Source: Candidatus Limnocylindria bacterium
GTDB taxonomy: Bacteria; Chloroflexota; Limnocylindria; QHBO01
Length of the DNA stretch: 53,421 nt
Reading direction: 5' to 3'
Assembly: GCA_038322875.1 (NCBI GenBank)
Contig: JBBQGI010000004.1
Span: forward strand, 1-53,421
Part shown: positions 44,449-53,421 of the stretch, in pieces
Numbering within the stretch: position 1 is the stretch's first letter
How the letters are laid out: every line of letters begins with the position of its first letter
Translations under genes and position numbers: made by a program
The notes under the pieces: generated by a model
The model's input: the letters and a program-made list of their open reading frames with translations, nothing else
Database searches by the model: none
What the model was told of the DNA's origin: nothing

Positions 44449-45207
44449 TCAGGCGCGGGCGGTCCAGACCAGGACGCCGTCGCCGGAGACCTTGACCCTG
44501 GGCCGCACCAGCGGTGGCAGATCCAATGGGTACGCCTGCGAGTCGCCGTGATACCCGCTGCCTGCGGACCACGCGTCGCTCCCGTTGGCGAGGTGCCCCG
44601 ACAGATCGAAGCTGGCGCCGTGGCACGGGCAGCGCAGATCCTTCCACCTCGGCCGGTAGGCGAGGGTGCAGCCCATGTGCGTGCAGACCGAGCTGAGGGC
44701 GCGGATCGTGCCGGCATTGTTCACCACGTAGCCGTCGAATGCGGCGGTCGAGAAGCGGACCGCGGCGCCCTCGGGCAGGTCGGCCAGGGTTGCCACCGCG
44801 ACCCACTCGCCGTTCGCGACGAGGGAGCCGTAGGAATCGACCAGCGGACGAGTGGCCGGACGCAGGATCGAGAGCCCCACGGCTCCGGCGGCCAGGCCCG
44901 CGGCCGCTCCCAGCCCGACCCGCAGCAGGTCGCGACGGCTCAGTCGGATGCGCTGGATCGGCGCCGCCGGCGGCGCCAAGCCCTGGACCGATGCGATCCC
45001 CGCATCGGCGTCGCGCATCCGCAGGCGGAGCTGCTCCACGAACGCGGAATCCGGCTCACCGCGGGTCACATCGCCGGCGGCTGACAGCTCGGCGGCCAGG
45101 CGGGCCATCTGCGCCTCGGCGCCACTGATTTCGTCGGGCGCGGGGCGACTTCCCGCAAGGAGCGCATCCACGAGGCGGTCGAAGGCCTCGGTGGGGTCGT
45201 CAGCCAT
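44449..45207 (-). CDS. Putative anti-sigma factor fused to a Tat-exported Rieske [2Fe-2S] domain
   Basis: About 85-aa helical N-terminus with PDSAFVEQLRLRM; internal LSRRDLL plus TM; CTHMGC and CPCHGASF; start overlaps the sigma stop. Confidence 0.75.
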   Translation of the reverse strand: MADDPTEAFDRLVDALLAGSRPAPDEISGAEAQMARLAAELSAAGDVTRGEPDSAFVEQLRLRMRDADAGIASVQGLAPPAAPIQRIRLSRRDLLRVGLGAAAGLAAGAVGLSILRPATRPLVDSYGSLVANGEWVAVATLADLPEGAAVRFSTAAFDGYVVNNAGTIRALSSVCTHMGCTLAYRPRWKDLRCPCHGASFDLSGHLANGSDAWSAGSGYHGDSQAYPLDLPPLVRPRVKVSGDGVLVWTARA

Positions 45208-45733
45208 CGGCTTCCACCGTCAGGAGCGCCGCCTTGCGCAGGGCGCGGTACTGCAGGACCTTGGCATTGCCGTTGCTGACCCCCAGCCGATCGGCCGTCT
45301 CGGCCACCGAGAGGCGGTGCAGGAATCGCAGCTCCAGGACTCTGGCGTACTGCGCCGGCAGGCGCTTCAGCAGCCGGTGCACCGCGGTGGCGGCGCGATC
45401 CGCATCGGCATCCGAGGAGGGATTGGCCGGTGGCTCGACTGGCTCCCAGGCGCCCGCAACCTGGTCGACGCGGATCTGCGGCAGCCGGTAGAAGGCGCGC
45501 CAGTAATCCGCCACCGCGTTCTGAGCCACCCGGTACAGCCAGGCGCCGATCTGCGGCGCGGGGCGATCGACGTCGAGCTGTTCGACGGCCCGCATGAAGA
45601 CCTGTGCGGTCAGGTCCTCGGCATCCGGGCGGTTGCCGACGCGCGCGTAGACGAACCGATGGATGGGGGTGACGTACTCCTCGTAGATCGCCTCGAAGCG
45701 CGTGCGGGGGAGCGCGGTCTCAGGCTCGGCCAT
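45200..45733 (-). CDS. ECF RNA polymerase sigma factor
   Basis: FEAIYEEY, DAEDLTAQVF, AWLYRVAQNAVADYWR, LELRF..SVAETA..LG..KVLQYRAL. Confidence 0.95.
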   Translation of the reverse strand: MAEPETALPRTRFEAIYEEYVTPIHRFVYARVGNRPDAEDLTAQVFMRAVEQLDVDRPAPQIGAWLYRVAQNAVADYWRAFYRLPQIRVDQVAGAWEPVEPPANPSSDADADRAATAVHRLLKRLPAQYARVLELRFLHRLSVAETADRLGVSNGNAKVLQYRALRKAALLTVEADG

Positions 45734-45762
45734 GCATATCGGGTACGCCGGGGGTTACGCGG

Positions 45763-46260
45763 CTAGGCGTCGCGCGGGCGGAGCGGCGCGAGGAGCGCCG
45801 CGATCTCCTCCAGGAAGTTGGCATCGGTCTGGTCGTAGGCGGCCAGGTCCGATCCGTCGATGTCGATCTCGCCGACCACCTGGCCCTCGCTGAAGATCGG
45901 CACCACGATCTCGCTCCGCGTCGTGGTGAAGCAGGCGAGGTAGCGGGGATCGGCGTTCACGTCGTCGACGATCTCCGTCTGGCCCGATGCCGCGGCCGCG
46001 CCGCAGATCCCCACTCCGATTGGGATGCGCGTGTGCTCGGTCGCCTCGGGACCGGTCCACGGACCGAGCACGAGCTCAGCGCCGGAGGCATCGACCCAGT
46101 AGATCCCGACCCAGTCGTAGTGGGCGAAGCGGTCGTGGAGCAGGTCCACCGCGCGCTGGGCGGCGGCCTCGGGGCCGGGCGCCTCGGCGATGGCGGAGCG
46201 GATCAGGTTGAGGGCGTCACCGTGCTCGACGGGGCGCTCCTCGGCGACCGCGTGACTCAC
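45763..46260 (-). CDS. msrC: Stand-alone GAF protein, free methionine-(R)-sulfoxide reductase-like
   Basis: WVGIY, LGPWTG, IPIGVGICG, YLAC, SEIVVP, EIDID; GTG 46260 overlaps the HxlR stop. Confidence 0.8.
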   Translation of the reverse strand: MSHAVAEERPVEHGDALNLIRSAIAEAPGPEAAAQRAVDLLHDRFAHYDWVGIYWVDASGAELVLGPWTGPEATEHTRIPIGVGICGAAAASGQTEIVDDVNADPRYLACFTTTRSEIVVPIFSEGQVVGEIDIDGSDLAAYDQTDANFLEEIAALLAPLRPRDA

Positions 46261-46652
46261 TGCGTCGGCGCCCAGCGGTCCGCCCAGCGGTCGATGCGCG
46301 CGATGGCGCGGCGGAGGTCCGAGCCCTTGTCGGTGAGCGAGTACTCGACCCAGGGCGGCACCTCGGAGATCATGATGCGATCGACCAGGCCCTCGTCCTC
46401 GAGCAGCTTGAGGCGCTGCGAGAGGGTCGCCGAGTTGGCGCCACCGAGGGCGTCCTGCAGCTCGCAGAAGCGCTGGGTCCGCTCGCCGAGCGACCGGACG
46501 ATGCGCATCACCCACTTCTGGCCGAGGACGTTGAGCGCAGCCGTGGCGGCGCACTCGCTGCGCTGGGCTGCCGCTCTTCGCTCGGCGCGGGAACGGTGCG
46601 ACGTCCGGGGCGACGACGCTCCCGGCAACGCGTGCGGGGCGGGCTCGATCAT
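46257..46652 (-). CDS. HxlR-family winged-helix transcriptional regulator
   Basis: C..TAALNVLGQKWVMRIV, RFCELQ, LSQRLKLLEDEGLVDR, PPWVEYSLTDKG; start approximate. Confidence 0.9.
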   Translation of the reverse strand: MIEPAPHALPGASSPRTSHRSRAERRAAAQRSECAATAALNVLGQKWVMRIVRSLGERTQRFCELQDALGGANSATLSQRLKLLEDEGLVDRIMISEVPPWVEYSLTDKGSDLRRAIARIDRWADRWAPTQ

Positions 46653-46697
46653 CAGGCGGCGGACGATAGCACCGCCCTCCAATCGCTGCAATCGTGC

Positions 46698-47117
46698 CTA
46701 GCGAACGTGGACCGTGGTGTGCATCGACGCGTGGATGGTGCAGGTGAACCGATAGTCTCCCGGCAGGTGAAAGGTCACCGCTGTGCTGCCGTGAGGAGGG
46801 AGCCGCTGGCGCGCGCACGCGTTATCGGCCGCATGGCCCGAGACACCCTCGGTGACGGTGTGAGAGGTGTCGTCAAGGCTGACGAAGGCGACCGCATCCT
46901 CGGCGTCTACCGTCACCGCCGGTCCGAAGGCGCGGTCCTGCAGGTTGATGGTGGCGTTTGCCCGGGCTCCCGGCGCGAGCTCGCAGCGCGCGCTCGGCTC
47001 CAGGCTCCCCGTTGGCTGGGGAGTGCTCGCAGTCTCCGCCAGGTCCCCGGTGACGGCAACGGCCAGCAGCAGTACGGCGGCACCGGCCACGGCGATGGCC
47101 AGGCGGACTCTGCTCAT
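46698..47117 (-). CDS. Secreted cupredoxin (type 1 blue copper protein)
   Basis: Signal peptide; SHTVT His and CTIHASM (Cys/His/Met) ligand loop; PGDYRF. Confidence 0.85.
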   Translation of the reverse strand: MSRVRLAIAVAGAAVLLLAVAVTGDLAETASTPQPTGSLEPSARCELAPGARANATINLQDRAFGPAVTVDAEDAVAFVSLDDTSHTVTEGVSGHAADNACARQRLPPHGSTAVTFHLPGDYRFTCTIHASMHTTVHVR

Positions 47118-47133
47118 AAACTGCTCCTCGAGG

Positions 47134-48195
47134 CTACGCGTCCCCCTGCTGGGCCGGAGCGACGGGAAGCGAATCGTAGCCCTTCCAGCGGTAGATCAGC
47201 GTCGATACGGTCCAGCTGACTACAAAGATGCCGATGATGGCGAGACCGATGAACCCAAAGTCCAGGTTTGCCACGAAGTCCCAGAGGCCGCCGCGCAGGT
47301 GCAGCCTGTCGGCGACGATCGAGAGCACCTCCACGCCGCCGACGGCGAAGGCGATCAGCACCGAGACCAGGGTGATGTTCAGGTTGTAGTAGAGCTTGCG
47401 AATCGGCTTCACGTAGGCCCAGCCGTAGGCGCCCAGCATCAGGACCCCGTCGGTCGCATCGACCAGGGACATGCCCGCCGCGAAGAGGGCGGGGAGCACC
47501 AGGATGAAGGCGATCGGCACGTGGTTGGCGCCGGTGGTGGCGGCCAGGCCCAGGAGCGCAACCTCGGATGCGGTGTCGAAGCCGAGGCCGAACAGCAGGC
47601 CGAGCGGATACATGTGCCAGCTGTGACGAATGGCACGCAGCATCGGGCGGAAGAGGCGGGCCAGCAGGCCGCGGCTGTTCAGGAACTCCTCGAGCGTCTC
47701 CTCGCTGTAGGCACCGCCTCGTGAGACGCGCCGGAACATGCGGTAGACGTCGATCAGCACGATCAGGTTGATGAGCCCGATGATCAGCAGGAACGCCGCC
47801 GACACGCTGGTGCCGATGAGGCCGCCGATCTCCTGGAAGGCCGGGATGTCGGTGATCACCGAGGCCGAGATGGCGATCACCACCGACAGCGCGACCACGA
47901 TGGTGGAGTGACCGAGCGAGAAGAAGAGCCCGACCCCCACCGGCCGCTGCCCGTCGGACATCAGCTTGCGGGTGGTGTTGTCGATCGCCGCGATGTGGTC
48001 GGCATCGACGGCGTGGCGCAGCCCGAAGGTGTAGGCGAGGAACGCGGTCGGGAGGAGGATCGGGTAGGAGATCGACGCGGCCAGCGCGAGGCCCCACGCC
48101 ACGAGGTTGAAGGCGAACAGGAAGGCGTACATCCGCACGATGCGGGCCCGGATCGGGCCTGGGGTGCGCAGGAGACGGAGAGCGCTGTCGACCAT
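47134..48195 (-). CDS. High-affinity nickel/cobalt permease (NiCoT, HoxN/NixA family)
   Basis: GLRHAVDADHIAAID, FSLGHSTIV, LFGLGFDTASE, GMSLVDATDG. Confidence 0.95.
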   Translation of the reverse strand: MVDSALRLLRTPGPIRARIVRMYAFLFAFNLVAWGLALAASISYPILLPTAFLAYTFGLRHAVDADHIAAIDNTTRKLMSDGQRPVGVGLFFSLGHSTIVVALSVVIAISASVITDIPAFQEIGGLIGTSVSAAFLLIIGLINLIVLIDVYRMFRRVSRGGAYSEETLEEFLNSRGLLARLFRPMLRAIRHSWHMYPLGLLFGLGFDTASEVALLGLAATTGANHVPIAFILVLPALFAAGMSLVDATDGVLMLGAYGWAYVKPIRKLYYNLNITLVSVLIAFAVGGVEVLSIVADRLHLRGGLWDFVANLDFGFIGLAIIGIFVVSWTVSTLIYRWKGYDSLPVAPAQQGDA

Positions 48196-48211
48196 CGGTT
48201 CCTCCGCCGGG

Positions 48212-48253
48212 ATTCTAGTGGCGAAACGGGGCTTACTGCAATCCCTTGCAGTA
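48212..48253 (-). promoter_or_regulatory. NiCoT promoter with overlapping palindromic operator candidate
   Basis: Minus-strand TTGCAG-N18-TAGAAT; perfect inverted repeat TACTGCAA-TCCC-TTGCAGTA (48234-48253) covers the -35. Confidence 0.6.
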
Positions 48254-48301
48254 GCGATCTGCTGCTAGAGTACGGGGGAACGCACAGCCCGCATCACATA
48301 T

Positions 48302-48330
48302 TTGACTGCCCTGCGCGGGGGTCGCACACT
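48302..48330 (+). promoter_or_regulatory. Candidate sigma70 promoter for the ccm operon
   Basis: TTGACT-N17-CACACT. Confidence 0.45.
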
Positions 48331-48369
48331 CACGCTCGATCCAACATCCGCCCTCGCCCCTTGTCGAGC

Positions 48370-49149
48370 ATGCCGCAGACCACCATCTACGTCGCGCCCC
48401 GGCTCGCCGGGACGCTGGGGACCATCCCACCGGCCATCGCCACCGATGAGCTCGCGCGCCTCTTCGGTCGCAGCGCCGCGCTGGCGGGTGTCTCGCTGAC
48501 GGTCGAGATGGGCCGCACGGTCGCCCTGCTGGGGCCTAATGGGGCGGGGAAGACCACGCTGCTGCGGATCTGCGCCACAGCCGTCCAACCCTCCTTCGGC
48601 ACGCTGGCGATCGACGGCATCGATGCGCTGCTCTACCCGGAGCAGGTCCGGCCGCGCGTCGTCTATCTCTCGCACGCCACGGCCCACTACGACGATCTGA
48701 GCGCCGAGGAGAACCTTCGGTTCGCGGCGGTCATGTTCGGCTGGGGCGTCCGCGAGGGAGCGGGCGTGGCGCGTGAGGCGCTCGACACGGTTGGGCTGGC
48801 TTCCGTCGCCGGCGCGCGGGTCCGCACCTTTTCGGCCGGCATGCGCAAGCGCCTGGCGCTCGCCCGTGTTCTGGTCGCGCGTCCCTCACTTCTCCTGCTG
48901 GACGAGCCGCATGCCGCGCTGGACGATGACGGCATGGCGCTCGTCGACCGGCTGATCGGCCTCTGGCATGAGGCGGGGGTGACCGTGATGGTCGCCTCGC
49001 ACCAGTCGGAGCGGGTTGTCGGACTGGCCGATGCCACCGTCCGCCTCGACGGCGGCCTGCTGGCCGAGGTGACCGGCGCCGGCGTCAGTGCCGGACCGGT
49101 GGGAGCGTCGGCGCGTCCCCGCGCGATCGCGGTCGGGACGGATCGTTGA
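48370..49149 (+). CDS. ccmA: Heme exporter ATP-binding protein CcmA
   Basis: GPNGAGKTT, FSAGMRKRLALAR, LLDEP; first gene of the ccm operon. Confidence 0.9.
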   Translation: MPQTTIYVAPRLAGTLGTIPPAIATDELARLFGRSAALAGVSLTVEMGRTVALLGPNGAGKTTLLRICATAVQPSFGTLAIDGIDALLYPEQVRPRVVYLSHATAHYDDLSAEENLRFAAVMFGWGVREGAGVAREALDTVGLASVAGARVRTFSAGMRKRLALARVLVARPSLLLLDEPHAALDDDGMALVDRLIGLWHEAGVTVMVASHQSERVVGLADATVRLDGGLLAEVTGAGVSAGPVGASARPRAIAVGTDR

Positions 49150-49835
49150 ACGACCTGCGTCGCGGCCTCACTGTGGCGCTGGCCATCGCGCGCAAGGACG
49201 CTCTCTCCGAGCTGCGCGGAAGGCAGGCGGCCGGCTCGACGCTCTTCTTCGCCGCCATCGTGCTGCTCCTCTTCGGTTTCGCGCTCGGACCCGACTCGCG
49301 GCGCCTGGCCGAGGCGGCGCCCGGCCTGCTCTGGCTGGCGATCGTCTTCGGCGGCCTCCTGACGGTGGCACGCCTCCACCAGCTGGAGGCCGATGACGGG
49401 GCGCTCGAGCAGCTCGCCCTCTACCCGGTTGACCGGCGCGCGATCTACGCCGGCAAGGCGCTCGCCGGCGCGGCGGCCATGCTCGTGCTCGGCGGCCTGC
49501 TGCTGCCGGTGGTGGCCATCCTGTACGCGATCCCGATCGGGGCGGCCTGGCTGCCGCTGCTGGTCGCCGTGCTGCTGGGAGCCATCGGCTTTGGGGCGGT
49601 CGGCACCGCCTACGCCGGGCTGACGGTGCGCATGCGCGCCCGCGAGGTGATGCTACCGCTCCTGATGCTGCCGATCGTGGCGCCGCTCCTGCTGGCCGCC
49701 GTGAAGGCCACCGTGGCCGCGCTCGCCGGCGATCCGCTCGGCGAGCTGGGATCCTGGCTGCAGCTGCTGCTCGCTTTCGACGTCATCATGCTCGTCGTCG
49801 GAGCCGGCACCTACGGCTTCCTGCTGGAGGAGTGA
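49146..49835 (+). CDS. ccmB: Heme exporter permease CcmB
   Basis: IARKDALSELR, APGLLWLA, REVMLPLLMLPIVAP. Confidence 0.92.
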   Translation: MNDLRRGLTVALAIARKDALSELRGRQAAGSTLFFAAIVLLLFGFALGPDSRRLAEAAPGLLWLAIVFGGLLTVARLHQLEADDGALEQLALYPVDRRAIYAGKALAGAAAMLVLGGLLLPVVAILYAIPIGAAWLPLLVAVLLGAIGFGAVGTAYAGLTVRMRAREVMLPLLMLPIVAPLLLAAVKATVAALAGDPLGELGSWLQLLLAFDVIMLVVGAGTYGFLLEE

Positions 49836-50572
49836 TGAGAACCCGCGTCCTGGGCTTCGTGGCGCTGACGGCCGTGATTGCGGCGACGATCAACGGCCTC
49901 TTCATCGTGCCGGCTGATCTCAACCAGGGCGATGCCCAGCGGATCATGTACGTGCACGTCGCATCGGCCTGGCTGGCATATGCCTCGTTCGGGGTCACCG
50001 CGCTGGCCGGGATCGGCTACCTGATCTGGCGCGACCTTCGACTGGATGCCGTCGCGCTGGCGGGAGCGGAGGTGGGCGTGATCTTCACGGCCTTCGCGAT
50101 CTGGGGCGGGATGATGTGGGGCCGCCCGGTGTGGGGCGTCTACTGGCAGTGGGAGGACCCGCGGCTGACCACCACCGCCCTGCTGCTGGCGCTGTACATC
50201 GGCTATCTCCTGCTGCGACGACTCACCGATGACCCGCCGCGCCGCGCCGCGCGCGCCGCGGTGGTCGGCCTGATCGCCGCGGTCGACATCCCCATCGTCC
50301 ACTTCAGCGTGATCTGGTGGCGCGGCCTGCACCAGGGCGCGACGATCGGCGATCCGGCGAAGATCCTCAATCCGAGCGCTCCGCTGCAGTTCGTGCTGGC
50401 GCTGCTCGGGATGCTCGGCGCCTTCACGCTGGCCTGGGTCTACCTGATGATCCGCCGCTACCAGCTGGCCAGGCTGGAATGGCGGCTCGAGGAGGACGCC
50501 CGCCTGGGCCGCGTCAACGCGGCGCGCCGTGCCGGCGCTCCCGTCAGCGCGAGCGAGGAGCCGGCCCGATGA
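49835..50572 (+). CDS. ccmC: Heme exporter/chaperone CcmC
   Basis: IMYVHV, WGRPVWGVYWQWEDPRLT (WWD domain), VHFSVIWW.LHQ. Confidence 0.95.
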   Translation: MRTRVLGFVALTAVIAATINGLFIVPADLNQGDAQRIMYVHVASAWLAYASFGVTALAGIGYLIWRDLRLDAVALAGAEVGVIFTAFAIWGGMMWGRPVWGVYWQWEDPRLTTTALLLALYIGYLLLRRLTDDPPRRAARAAVVGLIAAVDIPIVHFSVIWWRGLHQGATIGDPAKILNPSAPLQFVLALLGMLGAFTLAWVYLMIRRYQLARLEWRLEEDARLGRVNAARRAGAPVSASEEPAR

Positions 50573-50712
50573 TGGACGTTGGCTTCGTGATCGCCGGATA
50601 CGGGGTGATCCTGGGCGGCATCGCGCTCTACGCCGCGTTCCTGGTTCGGCGGTTGCGCACCGCCCGCAACGCCGAGGCTGATTCCGCGCCACCCGTCGAC
50701 CGACTGCGATGA
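50569..50712 (+). CDS. ccmD: CcmD-like small membrane protein
   Basis: 47 aa, one TM then a basic stretch, between ccmC and ccmE with ATGA overlaps. Confidence 0.7.
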   Translation: MMDVGFVIAGYGVILGGIALYAAFLVRRLRTARNAEADSAPPVDRLR

Positions 50713-51166
50713 CCCTGGCGCGTCCGGTCCTGCCGCCCCTGCCGCCGCGTGGGCGTCGCTGGGGTGTCCTGCTGGGAGTGGCGGTGGTTGTGGCGGTGAT
50801 CGCCTATCTCGCGCTGAGCAGCGTCGGCAACGCACTCGTCTATTACGTCACGCCCACCGAACTGCTGGCACGCGGCGACTACGCCATGGACCACCCCGTC
50901 CGAGTGGGCGGCCTCGTGAAGGTGGGGAGCGTGATCGAAGACCCAGCCGGCCTGACCTTTACGCTGACGGACGGCACGACCGAGTTGACGGTCCGCAGCA
51001 CGGCGCTGCCCACGCGGTCATTCCGCGAAGGAGCCGGCGCGGTGGTCGAGGGGACGCTCAACGTCGAAGGTCTGTTCGAGGCATCGCAGGTGATCGTCAA
51101 GCACGACGAGAACTACGTCGCGCCGTCGCCGGGGGAGCTTCCGACCGAGGGGTTCGACCCCGGCAC

Positions 51167-51170
<4 letters not shown>
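50709..51170 (+). CDS. ccmE: Heme chaperone CcmE
   Basis: LVYYVTPTE, VRVGGLV, FREGAGAVVEG, KHDENY (HxxxY). Confidence 0.95.
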
Positions 51171-53149
<1,979 letters not shown>

Positions 53150-53152
53150 CCC

Positions 53153-53421
53153 ATGGCTGCAAGCGCACCACGCGGCACGCTCGTTCGCTGGCTGGTGGTT
53201 CCGCTCGTGGTCCTGCCGCTGGGCTGGCTGCTCTTCCGCGGGCTCGGCAGTGATCCGCGCGAGATCCGCTCGCCCCTGATCGGCCAACCGCTGCCCTCCT
53301 TCTCGGCATCAACCCTGGACGGAGCGACCCTCTCTTCCGACCAGCTGACAGGCAAGGTGACGGTGGTGAACGTATGGGCCAGCTGGTGCCCGCCGTGCGT
53401 TGACGAGCACCCGGTGCTGCT
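53153..53421 (+). CDS. ccmG: CcmG/TlpA thiol-disulfide oxidoreductase (partial, runs off the window)
   Basis: MAASAPRGTLVRWLVVPL..SPLIGQPLPSF..VVNVWASWCPPCVDEHP. Confidence 0.9.
   Translation, partial: MAASAPRGTLVRWLVVPLVVLPLGWLLFRGLGSDPREIRSPLIGQPLPSFSASTLDGATLSSDQLTGKVTVVNVWASWCPPCVDEHPVL

Noticed and set aside
45731-45760. Autoregulatory ECF promoter (GTAAC..CGATAT) upstream of the sigma gene
   Set aside because: The AAC-to-CG spacing is shorter than typical ECF promoters; it cannot be supported without orthologue alignment.
48196-48369. Cobalamin or NiCo riboswitch upstream of NiCoT
   Set aside because: No B12-box-like elements were found, and the predicted promoter leaves only about 10 nt of leader.

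Overview
High-GC bacterial chromosome segment with no integrase, transposase, prophage or CRISPR array visible. The gene repertoire suggests a Chloroflexota/Actinomycetota-like organism (inference only). In order: partial galU; a hypothetical gene and an unlisted 59-aa Cys4 zinc-ribbon ORF; tRNA-Glu(TTC); a DNA-repair neighbourhood (ATP-dependent ligase, degenerate NERD protein, OsmC, Ku, an apparently inactive ligase domain, CYTH, WYL regulator); an HTH-4xGAF-GGDEF-degenerate HD fusion; a secreted beta-propeller, M23 peptidase and lipoprotein; a TPP riboswitch ahead of thiN-ykoEDC; a GcvT-like/phytoene-desaturase-like pair and an inactive-looking alpha/beta hydrolase; bcp and two small membrane proteins; an Mre11/Rad50-like pair; a PIG-L deacetylase and class B PBP. 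Next is a tightly coupled operon joining a cytoplasmic NAD(P)H/FAD/Fe-S oxidoreductase to a b6f-type Rieske/cytochrome b complex, a diheme cytochrome c and two unknown membrane proteins. It is followed by fba, a ~166-nt rod-shaped RNA candidate (6S-like), erpA, an aminotransferase, transketolase, an ECF sigma coupled to an anti-sigma-like/Tat/Rieske fusion, msrC-like GAF, HxlR, cupredoxin, NiCoT with a palindromic operator candidate, and ccmABCDEFG (last gene partial). The best candidates for an undescribed system are the flavoprotein-Rieske/cytb operon (31.4-37.2 kb) and the ECF/Rieske anti-sigma pair (44.4-45.7 kb). All family calls come from motif recognition by eye; no database searches were run.
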